From an uncultured Candidatus Rokubacteria bacterium (GTDB lineage Bacteria > Methylomirabilota > Methylomirabilia > Rokubacteriales > CSP1-6), in the NCBI GenBank assembly GCA_963789955.1, contig CAWBMV010000015.1, positions 252,900 to 316,899 of the forward strand: DNA of 64,000 nucleotides, read 5' to 3'. The notes beneath the pieces are model-generated. The model did no database searches. It saw nothing but the letters and a program-made list of their open reading frames with translations, and was not told the DNA's origin. Positions 39,724-51,020 of the stretch are shown here, piece by piece. The stretch's first letter is position 1; each line of letters begins with the position of its first letter. The position numbers and the translations under genes are program-made.

Positions 39724-42240
39724 ATGAAGAGAAAGATCGTCTTGCCCGCGGCACTCCGTCGTCGCCGCCGGTGGTGGTGATCGTGGCCTTTGCGGTCCCG
39801 ATCACCGTCGGCGGAAAAGGCGGTGCACCGCAGCCTGGCTCGGCAGACTATGCCGTGCCGCTCGCGTCGACGGCACTCCCGCCGGTGCCGCCGAAGTTCG
39901 CCGGCGAGATCAAGCCGGTCGAGAAGGATTCGAAAGCCTGGTGGCCGCCGACGATCGTGCCGCCCAAGGGCGCGCCCAACGTACTGCTCATCATGACCGA
40001 CGACGTCGGGTTCGGCGCCCCGAGCACGTTCGGCGGCGTCATCCCGACGCCCGCGCTCGACCGAATCGCGCAGGCCGGGCTGCGCTACACGCGCTTCCAC
40101 ACGACCGCGCTCTGCTCGCCGACGCGCGCCGCTCTCCTCACCGGGCGCAACCACCACTCGGCGGGCTTCGGCGTGATCTCGGAGATGTCCACCGGCTTTC
40201 CCGGCTACGACAGCATCATCGGCACGGGATTCGGCGACGATCGGCCGGATTCTGGTCGAGAACGGCTACGCGACCTCGTGGTTTGGCAAGAACCACAACA
40301 CCCCGGCATTCGAGGCGAGCCAGGCCGGCCCGTTCAACCAGTGGCCGATCGGCATGGGCTTCGACTACTTCTACGGCTTCGTCGGCGGCGACACCAGCCA
40401 GTGGCAGCCCAACCTCTTCCGCGGCACGACGCCGATCTACCCGTATGTCGGCAACCCGAAGTGGAACCTGACCACCGCGATGGCGGACGACGCGATCGCG
40501 CACATCAAGCGACTGAACGAGACCGCGCCCGACAAGCCGTTCCTCGTCCACTACACGCCCGGCGGCACGCACGCGCCGCACCACCCGACGCCGGAGTGGA
40601 TCGCGAAGTTCAGAGGGCAACGTTCGTCGATGGGCTGGAACCAGCTCCGCGAGCAGATCTTCGCGAACCAGAAGAAGCTCGGGGTGATCCCGCAGGACGC
40701 GGTGCTGACGCCGTGGCCCGCAGAGCTCAAGAAGTGGGACGAGCTCTCGGCCGACGAAAAGAAGATGTTCGAGCGCCAAGTCGAGGTCTACGCCGCCTAC
40801 CTCGCCTACACCGACTACGAGATCGGCCGAGTGATCCAGGCGGTCGAGGACATGGGCAAGCTCGACAACACGCTCGATCATCTACATCAGCGGCGACAAC
40901 GGCTCGAGCGCCGAGGGCTCGCCGGTCGGCACGCCGAACGAGGTCGCCGCAGTTCAACAGCGTCGAAGTGCCGGTCGCCGACCAGCTGAAGTATTTCTAC
41001 GACGCCTGGGGCTCGGAGCGCACCTACAACCACATGGCGGTCGGCTGGACCTGGGCCTTCTCGACACGCCGTACAAGTGGACCAAGCAGGTCGCCTCGCA
41101 TTTCGGCGGCACGCGCAACGGCATGGCGATCGCCTGGCCCGCGCGCATCAAGGACGCGGGCGGCATCCGCAACCAGTTCCACCACGTGATCGACGTCGTG
41201 CCGACGATCCTCGAGGCGGCCGGTGTCGCCGCGCCGGCCACCGTCGACGGCATCTCGCAGAAGCCGATCGAGGGCGTGAGCATGGTCTACTCGTGGGACA
41301 AGGCCAACGCGAACGCGCCGTCCGCGCGCAAGACTCAATACTTCGAGATGTTCGGCAACCGCGGCATCTACCACGACGGTTGGTATGCGAACACACGCCC
41401 GATCAGCCCGCCGTGGAACCTCGGCGGCCACCCCGCCGACCGACGTGATGCAACGCCTACAAGTGGGAGCTCTACGACCTGTCGAAGGACTGGACGCAGG
41501 CGAATGACCTCGCCGCGTCCAACCCGACCAAGCTCAAGGAGATGCAGGAGCTCTTCCTCGAGGAGGCCGCCAAGTATCAGGTGTTCCCGCTCGACAACTC
41601 ACTCGCCTCACGCATGGTCGCGCCGCGGCCGAGCCTCGCGGCCGGAAGGACCGAATTCACCTATCTCCGTCCGCTGACGGGCATCCCGATGGGCGACGCG
41701 CCGCAGCTCCTCGGCACGTCGTACCGCATCCGCGCCGAGATCGAGGTGCCGCAGGGCGGCGCCGAAGGCATGCTCGTGACACAGGGGGGCCGGTTCGGAG
41801 GCTGGGGCTTCTACCTGCTGAAGGGCAAGCCGGTCTACGTCTGGAACCTGCTCGACTTGAAACGCGTGCGCTGGGAAGGCGCCGAGGCGCTCGCGCCCGG
41901 CAAGCACGTGCTCGAGTTCGACTTCAAGTACGACGGCCTCGGGTTCGCCACCTTGGCGTTCAACAACACGAGCGGCATCGGTCGCAGTGGCACCGGCGTC
42001 CTCAAGGTCGACGGCAAGGTGGTGGCGACCCAGAAGATGGAGCGGACGATCCCGATAACGCTCCAGTGGGACGAGACCTTCGACGTCGGCTCCGACACCG
42101 GCACGCCGGTGGAGGACCGGGACTACCAGGTGCCGTTCCGCTTCAACGGCCGGCTCGCGAAGCTCACGCTCTCGCTCGACCGGCCGAAGCTCACGCCGAC
42201 GGACGAGCAGCGCCTGATGAAGACCACCCGGCGCGACTAG
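39724..42240 (+). CDS. Arylsulfatase (Cys-type), several frameshifts
   Basis: [48 protein letters not shown]-terminal GGRFGG and ETFDVG.D. Confidence 0.9.
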
Positions 42241-42242
42241 GA

Positions 42243-44730
42243 ATGAAGATCATGAAGAGTAAATTCGTTCTCCCCGCGGTGGTCGCCGCCGTGGTGGTAG
42301 CCGTGCTCGTCGCCGTCCTGGTGCCGGTGCCGGTCGGCGGGCAGGCGGGCGTGGTGAAGCCCGGCTCGCCTGCGTACACGGCGCCGGTGACCGGGAACGT
42401 GCTGCCGCCGCCGGAGCCGAAGTTCGGCGGCGTTGTCAACCGGACCGCCGTCGGCTCGAAGCCCTGGTGGCCGCCGCGGACGGTACCCCCCAAGGGCGCG
42501 CCCAACGTGCTGCTCATCCTGCTCGACGACGCCGGCTACGGATCCGAGAGCACGTTCGGCGGGACGATCCCGACGCCGAGCATGGACAAGCTCGCCCAGC
42601 AGGGGTTGCGCTACACGCGCTTCCACTCGGCGTCGCTGTGCTCGCCGACGCGCGCCGCGCTCATCACCGGACGCAACCACCACTCGGTCCATTTCGGCAT
42701 CGTCGCCGAAGGGGCGACCGGGTTTCCCGGCTACGACTCGATCGTCAAGAAGGACACCGCGACGCTCGGCACAATTCTGAGAGACAACGGGTACAGCACG
42801 TCCTGGTTCGGCAAGAACCACAACGTCTCTGGCTGGATGCACACGCAGGCTGGGCCGTTCGACCAGTGGCCGGTCGGCATGGGCTTCGAGTACTTCTACG
42901 GCTTCCTCGGCGGTGACGCGAGCCAGTGGCAGCCGAACCTCACCCGCAACACGACGCTGATCGCTCCCTACGAGGGCAACCCGGGCTGGAACCTCATCAC
43001 CGCGATGGCCGACGAGGCGATCGACTACATGCATCGCCTGAACGCCATCGCCCCGGACAAGCCATTTCTCGTCTACTACGCGCCCGGCGCGACGCACGCG
43101 CCGCACCACCCGCCCAGGGAATGGGTCGAGAAGTTCAAGGGCAAGTTCGACCACGGCTGGAACGAGGAGCGCGAGCGAATCCTGGCCAACCAGAAGCGCC
43201 TGGGCGTCATTCCGCCGAACGCGAAGCTGACCGCGTGGCCGGACAGCGTGCCGAAGTGGGACACGTTCAGCAAGGAAGAGCAGAGGATGCTCGCGCGCCA
43301 GGCCGAAGTCTACGCCGGCTACATGGCCTATTCGGACTACGAGATCGGCCGCGTGATCCAGACGGTCGAGGACCTGGGCAAGCGTGACAACACGCTGATC
43401 ATCTACATCGGCGGCGACAACGGCGCGAGCCCGGAGGGCACCACGCTCGGCACGCCGAACGAGTTCGCCACCTTCAACAGCGTCATGGTCCCGCTGAAGG
43501 ACCAGATGAAGAATTACGACGACTGGGGCTCGGACAAGACGTTCCCGCACTACGCGGTCGGCTGGGCGTGGGCGTTCGGCACCCCCTTCAAGTGGACCAA
43601 GCAGGTCGCCTCCCACTTCGGCGGCACGCGCCAGGGCATGGTGATCTCGTGGCCGGCGCGGATCAAGGACGTCGGCGGCATCCGCAACCAGTTCCATCAC
43701 GTGATCGACATCGTGCCGACGATCCTCGAGGCGGCCGGCATCAAGGCGCCCGAGACGGTCGACGGCGTGCCGCAGCGACCGATGGACGGCGTCAGCATGG
43801 TCTACACCTTCGACACGGCGAACGCGAACGCGCCGTCGACGCGCAAGACCCAGTACTTCGAGATGCTCGCGATGCGCGGCATCTACCACGAGGGCTGGAT
43901 GGCCTCGACGACGCCGCCCGTGCTGCCGTGGGCGGCATTCGAGGGCCTGCCGCAGAACGCGCCCAAGGACATCCTGAACGGTTACACGTGGGAGCTGTAC
44001 AAGCTGGACGACGATCCCACGCAGGCCAACGACATCGCGGCGAAGAACCCGCAGAAGCTCGCCGAGATGCAGAAGGTCTTCATGCAGGAGGCCGTGAAGT
44101 ACCAGGTCCTGCCGCTCGACAACCGCTCACTGTCACGCTTTCTCGAGCCGAAGCCGAGCGCGAGTGGCGGGCGCACCCGGTTCGTCTATACCGGCGAGCT
44201 CGCGAACACGCCGAAGGGCGGCGCACCGAGCTTCCTCGACCGGTCTTACACGATCACGGCCGAGGTGGAGATTCCCCAGGGCGGCGCCGAAGGGATGCTC
44301 GTGACCGACGGCGGGCGCTTCGGTGGCATCGGCTTCTATCTTCTCAAGGGCAAGCCGGTCTTCGTCTACAACTACGTCAACATCGAGCGATTCCGCTGGG
44401 AGGGCAAGGACGCGCTCGCGCCGGGCAAGCACATCGCTCGTCTTCGACTTCGAGTACGACGGGATCGGCTTCGGACTCGGCGGACGCGGCACGCTGAAGG
44501 TGGACGGCAAAACGGCCGACTCGAAGCGGCTCGCGCAGACCCTCAAGTTCATGTTCCCGGAGGACGAGACCTTCGACGTGGGCGTCGATACACGCACGCC
44601 GATCGACGACCGCGACTACCAGGTGCCGTTCCGTTTCACCGGCAAGCTCAACAAGCTGACGGTGGAGGAGGGGCCGATCAGGGGCACGCTCGCGCAGATT
44701 CTCGAGTTCAAGTGGAAAACCCGGGACTGA
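42243..44730 (+). CDS. Arylsulfatase (Cys-type), tandem paralog, frameshift near 44435
   Basis: [45 protein letters not shown]. Confidence 0.92.
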
Positions 44731-44819
44731 ATGAAGGGGGGACGCCAGGAAAGTGCAATGAGCCGGTTGTCCCAGTCACCGCGCGCGCGCCAAGCATCGC
44801 TCGAGCTCGCACCGCTGCC

Positions 44820-45233
44820 GTGAACACCGCGCCTCTCATCAGCGCGCGAAACGTGCTGCTGTTCTCCCTCGTCGCGGAGGGCGCCACGGGCCTCGTCGTC
44901 GCGCTGGCGCCGGGCCTCGTCGCGCAGTTGCTCTTCGACTCCGGCGTTGCGGGCGTAGGCGCGGTGTATGGCCGCCTGCTTGGAATGAGCTTGATCGCGC
45001 TGGTGATCGCCTGCTGGCCGAGCGCGGATGCTGTCCAGCGCCCGGCCCTGCATGCGATTCTCGCCTACAACCTGCTGGCGGCGCTGTATATCACCTGGCT
45101 CGGGGCGGCGCAGCGCCACGCCGGGATTCTGCTGTGGCCGGCGGTTGCGGAGCACACGCTCGTGGCGCTGCTCCTGGCGACACGAATGCGCAACGCCGGG
45201 TCGGCGATGGCCGCGCGCAAGACCGGCGCATGA
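44820..45233 (+). CDS. Hypothetical 4-TM membrane protein
   Basis: E.ATGL, YN, LWPAV..H hydrophobic segments; start approximate. Confidence 0.65.
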   Translation: MNTAPLISARNVLLFSLVAEGATGLVVALAPGLVAQLLFDSGVAGVGAVYGRLLGMSLIALVIACWPSADAVQRPALHAILAYNLLAALYITWLGAAQRHAGILLWPAVAEHTLVALLLATRMRNAGSAMAARKTGA

Positions 45234-47110
45234 AGAGCCGACCAACTTCGGGCCTCGCGCTGAGGGACCGTCTCGTCACCATCGGCCGACTGATCGTCCT
45301 GGCAGCTCTCTGCTTCTTCGTGGCGGCCTGTGCCGCCCCGGTCAGCGCGGTTCGCGTCGATGCCAAGACCGTCTACCACGAGCTTTCCCGCAGCGCCGTC
45401 GTCTCCGGCGAGCCGAGCTGGCCGACCCGCAACGTGCTTCTCGAACGCGGACTGCTCGAAGAATTCGCCGAGCGTCCCGAGACCGCGCTCGGCGACTTGC
45501 ATCGCGAGATGATCGCGGCGAGCGGCGATATCGACACGCTCTTCGCGCTGGCCGAGCTGTCCTTCCTGCACGCGCAGGCGACCGCCAAGCGCGACTATTA
45601 TCTGGCGGCCGCCGTCTATGCCTGGGCCTGTCTGTTTCCAGAGGGATCCGGTCGCGCCGTGGAACGCTTCGACCCCCGCCTGCGGATGGCGGCCGACCTC
45701 TACGACTGGGCGCTCGCCTCCGGCTTCGCGTCGGACGATCGTTCGCAGGTCGTCCCTGCGGGCGGTACGTTCGACCTGCCCTTCGGACGCATCGACGTGA
45801 GTTTTGATCGCAACGCCCTGCGCGTCGGAGATCGGGAGCTGTTCGAGTTCACCCCGACGTCGGAGCTGGACGTGCGGGGACTCGCGATGCGCTATCGCCG
45901 GCCGGGTCTCGGTACCCCGCTCGCGGTGGCCACTCGCCCGGTCGACGCGGCACGCACAGGCCGGGACATGGTGGCGCCGCGGCTCAAGGTGTTGGTGACC
46001 GCGCTGCTTCGGATCCCGAACGCCCGGCGGGCCCTCGTGCAGTCGCAACCGCTCGCGGCCACACTCGAGATCCACCTGGCCTGGGACGCCGAGTCCGTCT
46101 CAATCGCCGGCGAGCAGATCCGGCTCGAGGCCGATCCCACCGCGGCCCTCGCGCTCTCGTTCACCGGCATTCCGATCGTGGAGGTCGAAATGTTCGGGTT
46201 GCTGGGGCGCATCTCGGGGAAGCTCGCGAACCGTCCCCCGCTCATCTCCACGACGCCGTACAAGCCGGGACTGATTCCAGTCGTGTTCGTGCACGGCACC
46301 GAATCGAGCGTGCTCCGATGGGCGGAGATGTACAATCGCCTCCTCGCCGATCCCGAGATCCGCCAGCGCTACCAGTTCTGGTTCTTCCAGTACGATTCGG
46401 GCAACCCCATCGCGCTGTCCTCGCTCCGTCTACGCGAGGCGCTGAGCGCAGCGCTCGCTCGACTCGATCCCGAGGGTAAGGACCCGGCCCTGCGCCAGAT
46501 GCTCCTCATCGGGCACAGTCAGGGCGGCTTGCTCGTCAAGATGCAGGTCATCGATAGCGGAGACCGACTCTGGAACGCCGCCAGCCGAAAGCCGATCGCG
46601 GAGCTGGAGCTGAGACCGGAAAATCGCGACCTGCTCCGGCGCGGCATGTTCGTCGAACCCGTGCCGCAGGTCTCGCGAGTCGTGTTTATCTGCACGCCGC
46701 ACCGGGGTAGCTTCGTGGCCGGGCGCCAGCGCATCGCGTACGTTGTCCGGTGGCTCCTGAACCCCCCGCTGCCACTCACCGGGCTGTCCGCTGATATCGC
46801 CAGGAACCCCGGCGCCGCGACAAGCCCCTTCATTCCCTCAGCCGTCGACAACATGTCGCCGGGCAGCCACTTCATCGGCGCCCTGCAGGAGATTCCAGTC
46901 GCAGCGTCCGTCAAGGTGAACTCGATCATCGCCGTCGCGGGGGACGGGCCGAAGGAGCAGGGGGATGACGGCGTGGTGAAGTACTCGAGCGCTCATATCG
47001 AGCCGGTGGAGTCCGAGCTCGTCGTCAAGTCGAGTCACTCCACGCAAGGCAATCCGCACACGATCGAGGAGGTGCGCCGCATCCTGCGTGTGCACGCGGG
47101 GCTGAAGTGA
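45230..47110 (+). CDS. Alpha/beta-hydrolase (lipase/esterase) lipoprotein
   Basis: Lipobox VAAC, PVVFVHG, GHSQGG, TPHRGS, DGVV.Y.SAH, terminal His. Confidence 0.88.
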   Translation: MKSRPTSGLALRDRLVTIGRLIVLAALCFFVAACAAPVSAVRVDAKTVYHELSRSAVVSGEPSWPTRNVLLERGLLEEFAERPETALGDLHREMIAASGDIDTLFALAELSFLHAQATAKRDYYLAAAVYAWACLFPEGSGRAVERFDPRLRMAADLYDWALASGFASDDRSQVVPAGGTFDLPFGRIDVSFDRNALRVGDRELFEFTPTSELDVRGLAMRYRRPGLGTPLAVATRPVDAARTGRDMVAPRLKVLVTALLRIPNARRALVQSQPLAATLEIHLAWDAESVSIAGEQIRLEADPTAALALSFTGIPIVEVEMFGLLGRISGKLANRPPLISTTPYKPGLIPVVFVHGTESSVLRWAEMYNRLLADPEIRQRYQFWFFQYDSGNPIALSSLRLREALSAALARLDPEGKDPALRQMLLIGHSQGGLLVKMQVIDSGDRLWNAASRKPIAELELRPENRDLLRRGMFVEPVPQVSRVVFICTPHRGSFVAGRQRIAYVVRWLLNPPLPLTGLSADIARNPGAATSPFIPSAVDNMSPGSHFIGALQEIPVAASVKVNSIIAVAGDGPKEQGDDGVVKYSSAHIEPVESELVVKSSHSTQGNPHTIEEVRRILRVHAGLK

Positions 47111-47139
47111 AGCTCGCCATCGAACAGAAAGGAATTCCG

Positions 47140-47721
47140 ATGCGTTCGAAGCGAAACGGACTTTTCTTGCTGGTCGCTCTGAGCAGTCTCTGTGGTGTTG
47201 GCGCGGCGCACGGCAAAGAATGCCTGAACGTCAGCTTCCCCGACCAGACGACCGTCGGTGGCCATGCCTTGACGCTCAACGGCCTGGGCCTCCGCCAGGC
47301 GACGATCCTGAGGGTGAACGTCTACGTTGCCGGGCTCTACGTCACAAAACCTTCGCCGGATCCCAACGGGATTCTCGGGGCGCCCGGTACCAAGCAGCTC
47401 ATTCTCCATTTTGTGCGTGATGTTGGGCGCTCCGATTTGAACAAGGCCTGGGATGAAGGGTTCGAGGTGAACGCGAAGACACAACTCGCGGCCCTCAAGG
47501 AGCGCATCGAGAAGCTCAAGAGCGTGATGACGGATATGAAGACAGGCGAGCGGCTGAGTTTCACCCACAATCCGGGCAGTCTCCTGGTCGATGTCGGCGG
47601 GGCCACAAAGGGCACCATCGAAGGGGATGATTTCGCCAAAGCGTTCTTCTCGATCTGGCTCGGCGCCCATCCGCCGAACTCGAGCCTGAAGGCGGGGCTT
47701 CTCGGCGGGTCGTGCGGGTGA
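47140..47721 (+). CDS. Chalcone isomerase-like (fatty-acid-binding) exported protein
   Basis: [21 protein letters not shown]....LK.GLLG. Confidence 0.85.
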   Translation: MRSKRNGLFLLVALSSLCGVGAAHGKECLNVSFPDQTTVGGHALTLNGLGLRQATILRVNVYVAGLYVTKPSPDPNGILGAPGTKQLILHFVRDVGRSDLNKAWDEGFEVNAKTQLAALKERIEKLKSVMTDMKTGERLSFTHNPGSLLVDVGGATKGTIEGDDFAKAFFSIWLGAHPPNSSLKAGLLGGSCG

Positions 47722-47774
47722 GGCGGCCGAAGGGTAAACTCTCTGCAGAAATCCTCATTGCGGAGGCGAGAGGC

Positions 47775-48670
47775 ATGGGTCTTCTGGACGGCAAGGTCGC
47801 GGTCGTGACGGGAGCGGGCAGCGGAATCGGGCGCGGGGTGGCGCTGGGCCTGGCCGCCGCCGGCGCCAGTGTGGTGGTGAATGACTACGGCGTGACGGTC
47901 GACGGCCGTGATCCGTCGAACGCGCGCGCGCTCGGAGTCGTCAAGGAGATCGAAGCGAATGGTGGTCGGGCGGTCGCGAACGCCGACAGCGTGGCCACGA
48001 TGGCCGGCGGTCAGGCGATGGTCGACGCCGCGGTGAACTACCTTCGGCGATCTCCACATCGTGGTCTGCTGCGCGGGCATCCTGAAGGAGCGGATGATCT
48101 TCAACATGAGCGAGGAGGAGTGGGACTCCGTCGTGGCCGTTCACCTGAAGGGCCACTTCACGGTCATGCGGCCGGCCACGCGCCACATGCGCGAGCACAA
48201 GTACGGTCGCATCGTCACGTTCACGTCCACCGCGGGCCTCGAGGGCAGCCCGGGCCAGCCGAACTACTCGGCGGCCAAGGAAGGGATCGTGGGCTTGACG
48301 CGCTCGACGGCGCTCGCGATGGCCAAGTACGGCGTGACCGTGAACTGCATCTCGCCGACCGCCGAGACGCGCATGACGGAGCGGCTGCCCGACGGCCGTC
48401 GGGCGCAGGCGGCGGCACCCGCCCGAGGCGATCGCGCCGGTCGTCGCGTTTCTCGCGAGCGATCGCGCCGCTCACATCACGGGACAGATCCTGCACGTCC
48501 GCGGCAACCAGGTGTCGCTGTGGTCGCATCCGGCGCCGATCCGCGCGATCACGAGCCGCGAGGGGTGGACACCGGAGGGGATTGCGGACGTCTACGACTC
48601 GGCCCTCGGTCAGGATCGCTTGCGGCGCATCGACGCGCTCGGGATCACGTGGCCGCCTCGTAGCGCGTAG
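47775..48670 (+). CDS. SDR family oxidoreductase, two frameshifts
   Basis: [30 protein letters not shown]. Confidence 0.88.
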
Positions 48671-48674
48671 GCCC

Positions 48675-49628
48675 TTACTGCGGTCTTGGCTCCTCGTCCA
48701 GGGCGCGCAGGCAGGTTTCGGCGTCGGCGCGACCCAGGGCGAGGGCTCGGGCGATCGCGTCGGAGTCGAACTCCAGAGGACGCAGCCTGAGCGGCGCTGA
48801 CGGCGTGAGGATCTGGACGTCGGTGGTCGGATGCTTCAGACGCGCAAGCTCGACGTCGCGGTTGATCTGGTGCAGCATCGCGGTCTCGAACGCCTCCTCC
48901 ATCGACCGGCTGAAGGTCGTCGGCCGCGTGCCGTGCTCGTCCGCCGAGTAGCTCAGCACGACCAGCGCCCTCTCCACCGGCGCCGCCTCGAGCGCTTCGA
49001 GCACCGGCGCGCGGCCGGTGAGACCGCCGTCGACGAGGAGGGCGCCGTCGATGTCGACCGCCGGGAAGAGACCGGGAACGGCGGTCGCGGCCACGAGGGC
49101 GTCCACCGTCACGGTCTGATTGTCGAAGACGCGCGGCGCGCGCCGCGTGAGATCGGTCGCCATCACCACGAGTCCGATGGACGAGCCGCGAATCCGCTCG
49201 AGCTCGACCGTCGCCGTGATCAGCTCGCGCAACGGCCGGGGGTCCAGGAGCGACGTGGTGTTCCTCAGCGCCCGCAAGGTCAGCCAGCCCGGGAGCAGCC
49301 CCGCGAAGAACGTGGGCGCGCGCATCGCGTAGACCTGGTCCTGGGTGATCGCGCGCCACGTGGCTTCGAGCCGGTCCGCTCGGCCGGCCACGACCATCGC
49401 GGCGGTCAGGGCGCCGGCTGACGAGCCCGCGACGAGGCGAATCGGCAGCCCGTGCTCGGCGAGCGCCGCGACGGCGCCCGCCTCATAGGCGCCCTTCGCG
49501 CCGCCGCCCGACAGGACCAGGGTCGTCGGCAAGTCGCGGCCCGTCGTGATCGGGATACAGGTGGCGAGCGCACTGGGCGGCGCCGCGAGCGCCAGAACGA
49601 TCAGCGCGATGGCGGCGCGTCTTTTCAA
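48675..49628 (-). CDS. Patatin-like phospholipase with signal peptide
   Basis: GGGAKG, GSSAG, DGG motifs. Confidence 0.9.
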   Translation of the reverse strand: MKRRAAIALIVLALAAPPSALATCIPITTGRDLPTTLVLSGGGAKGAYEAGAVAALAEHGLPIRLVAGSSAGALTAAMVVAGRADRLEATWRAITQDQVYAMRAPTFFAGLLPGWLTLRALRNTTSLLDPRPLRELITATVELERIRGSSIGLVVMATDLTRRAPRVFDNQTVTVDALVAATAVPGLFPAVDIDGALLVDGGLTGRAPVLEALEAAPVERALVVLSYSADEHGTRPTTFSRSMEEAFETAMLHQINRDVELARLKHPTTDVQILTPSAPLRLRPLEFDSDAIARALALGRADAETCLRALDEEPRPQ

Positions 49629-49638
49629 CAGGTGAGTC

Positions 49639-51006
49639 TCAAGGCGCGAGCAGGGCGGTCAGCGAGCCGACGTCGTCGAGCGAGTCGATCTCCTCGACGA
49701 CATCGATGATCTTCCTGGCGCCGGCGTCGCCGAGAACGGGCCCGGCGAGGCTCACGAACTTGGCCGTGATCTCGTCGCGCGGCACCGGGCTCAGCGCGTC
49801 ACCCCGAACCACCGATGTCGTCCGCTCGAACGACTTGCCGCCGCGGAGCACGAGCCGCACGTGCGCGGTCGGAGCATCCGCGCGCCGCGGTGTCATGTCG
49901 GAGCTCGTACGGATCTCGACTCGCTGCGCGAGCGCGCGGATGCGCTCGTCGGCGAGCGCCTGCGAGTCGAAGGCCGACGGATCGGTTCGCCCGAGGACGA
50001 GCCCGGCCGCGACGGCCCACGGGATCGAGAACCGGGCGGCGAGCGAGCTGGCGGGAGCCGGCGCGCCCATCCGCACCGCGAAGGGAATCGTGACGATCTC
50101 CACTTTCTCGATGTCGTTGCCCGAGAGGCGATAGGCGCTCCGGAGCGCCATGACCGCGTCGAGCGCGAAGTGATTGAATCGGCAACACGCGTGCAGCTTG
50201 AAGTAGTTCTGCTCGATCCGGTATGACCCGCGCCCGCCGCCGGGCGCGCGAGCTCCTCGATCCCGGCGACGGCGAGCTCCGGCTCGAATCGCTCGGCGAG
50301 AATGCTGCCGTAGACGTCCGACGGCGCGTCGCCGAGGCCCGTGAACCCGCAGCGCTCGAGCTCGACGGCCAGGATTCCCTGGAACGCCGAACGGCCGGGA
50401 TACAGATTGCGAATGGTCGCGCCGTCCAGCGCCGGCGTCCACGTATTCGCCGGGCTCATCGACGCGGCGAGGTTCATGGCCGCGCGAACCGTCTGACGCC
50501 GGCGCGCCCCCGAGCTTCGCGACGGCGACCGCGGTGCTGATCGTGCCCCACGTGCCGTGCGAGTGGACGTTTGGCCGCACGGTCGTCGCGCCGCCGATCC
50601 GCGAGCCGACTTCGTAGCCGGCGACCACGCTCTCGAGCAGCCGCCGCCCGTCGAGGCGGCGCTCCTCGGCGACGGCGAGCGCGCCCGGAACGACGTGGAT
50701 CGCGGGATGGCCGCCGCCGAGGCGGCTGCCCTCGTCGACCTCGAGCGCGACGCCCGCGGTGGCGTTCGTCAGCGCCGCCCAGAACGCGTCGGCTTTTCCG
50801 CGATGGCCGAGCAAGGTCGCGCCGCCGCTCGGCGACCGCCCCGCGGCGAGTCGCGCGAGCTCGCCGTTCTCGGGCATGGCGCTGCCGGCCACGATGGCGC
50901 CGAGCGTGTCGAGCAGCACGAGCTTGGCGGCCGCCACCGTCGACCTTGGCAGCGCGTCGAAACGTGTCGCGGCGACGAAGGCCGCGAGCCGATCCAGATA
51001 GTCCAC
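49639..51006 (-). CDS. MmgE/PrpD family protein (two compensating frameshifts)
   Basis: LLDTLG, NATAG, HP, GYEV, HGTWG, FKLHACC, ARFSIP. Confidence 0.88.
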   Translation of the reverse strand: MDYLDRLAAFVAATRFDALPRSTVAAAKLVLLDTLGAIVAGSAMPENGELARLAAGRSPSGGATLLGHRGKADAFWAALTNATAGVALEVDEGSRLGGGHPAIHVVPGALAVAEERRLDGRRLLESVVAGYEVGSRIGGATTVRPNVHSHGTWGTISTAVAVAKLGGAPASDGSRGHEPRRVDEPGEYVDAGAGRRDHSQSVSRPFGVPGNPGRRARALRVHGPRRRAVGRLRQHSRRAIRAGARRRRDRGARAPGGGRGSYRIEQNYFKLHACCRFNHFALDAVMALRSAYRLSGNDIEKVEIVTIPFAVRMGAPAPASSLAARFSIPWAVAAGLVLGRTDPSAFDSQALADERIRALAQRVEIRTSSDMTPRRADAPTAHVRLVLRGGKSFERTTSVVRGDALSPVPRDEITAKFVSLAGPVLGDAGARKIIDVVEEIDSLDDVGSLTALLAP

Positions 51007-51020
51007 GGGATCCGCGCCGC

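Noticed and set aside
42066..45233. 1055-aa sulfatase-membrane protein fusion
   Set aside because: The true sulfatase C-terminus is in another frame ending at 44730; the fusion arises from a frameshift near 44435.
30550..47721. Mobile genomic island
   Set aside because: No integrase, transposase, tRNA or terminal repeats seen.
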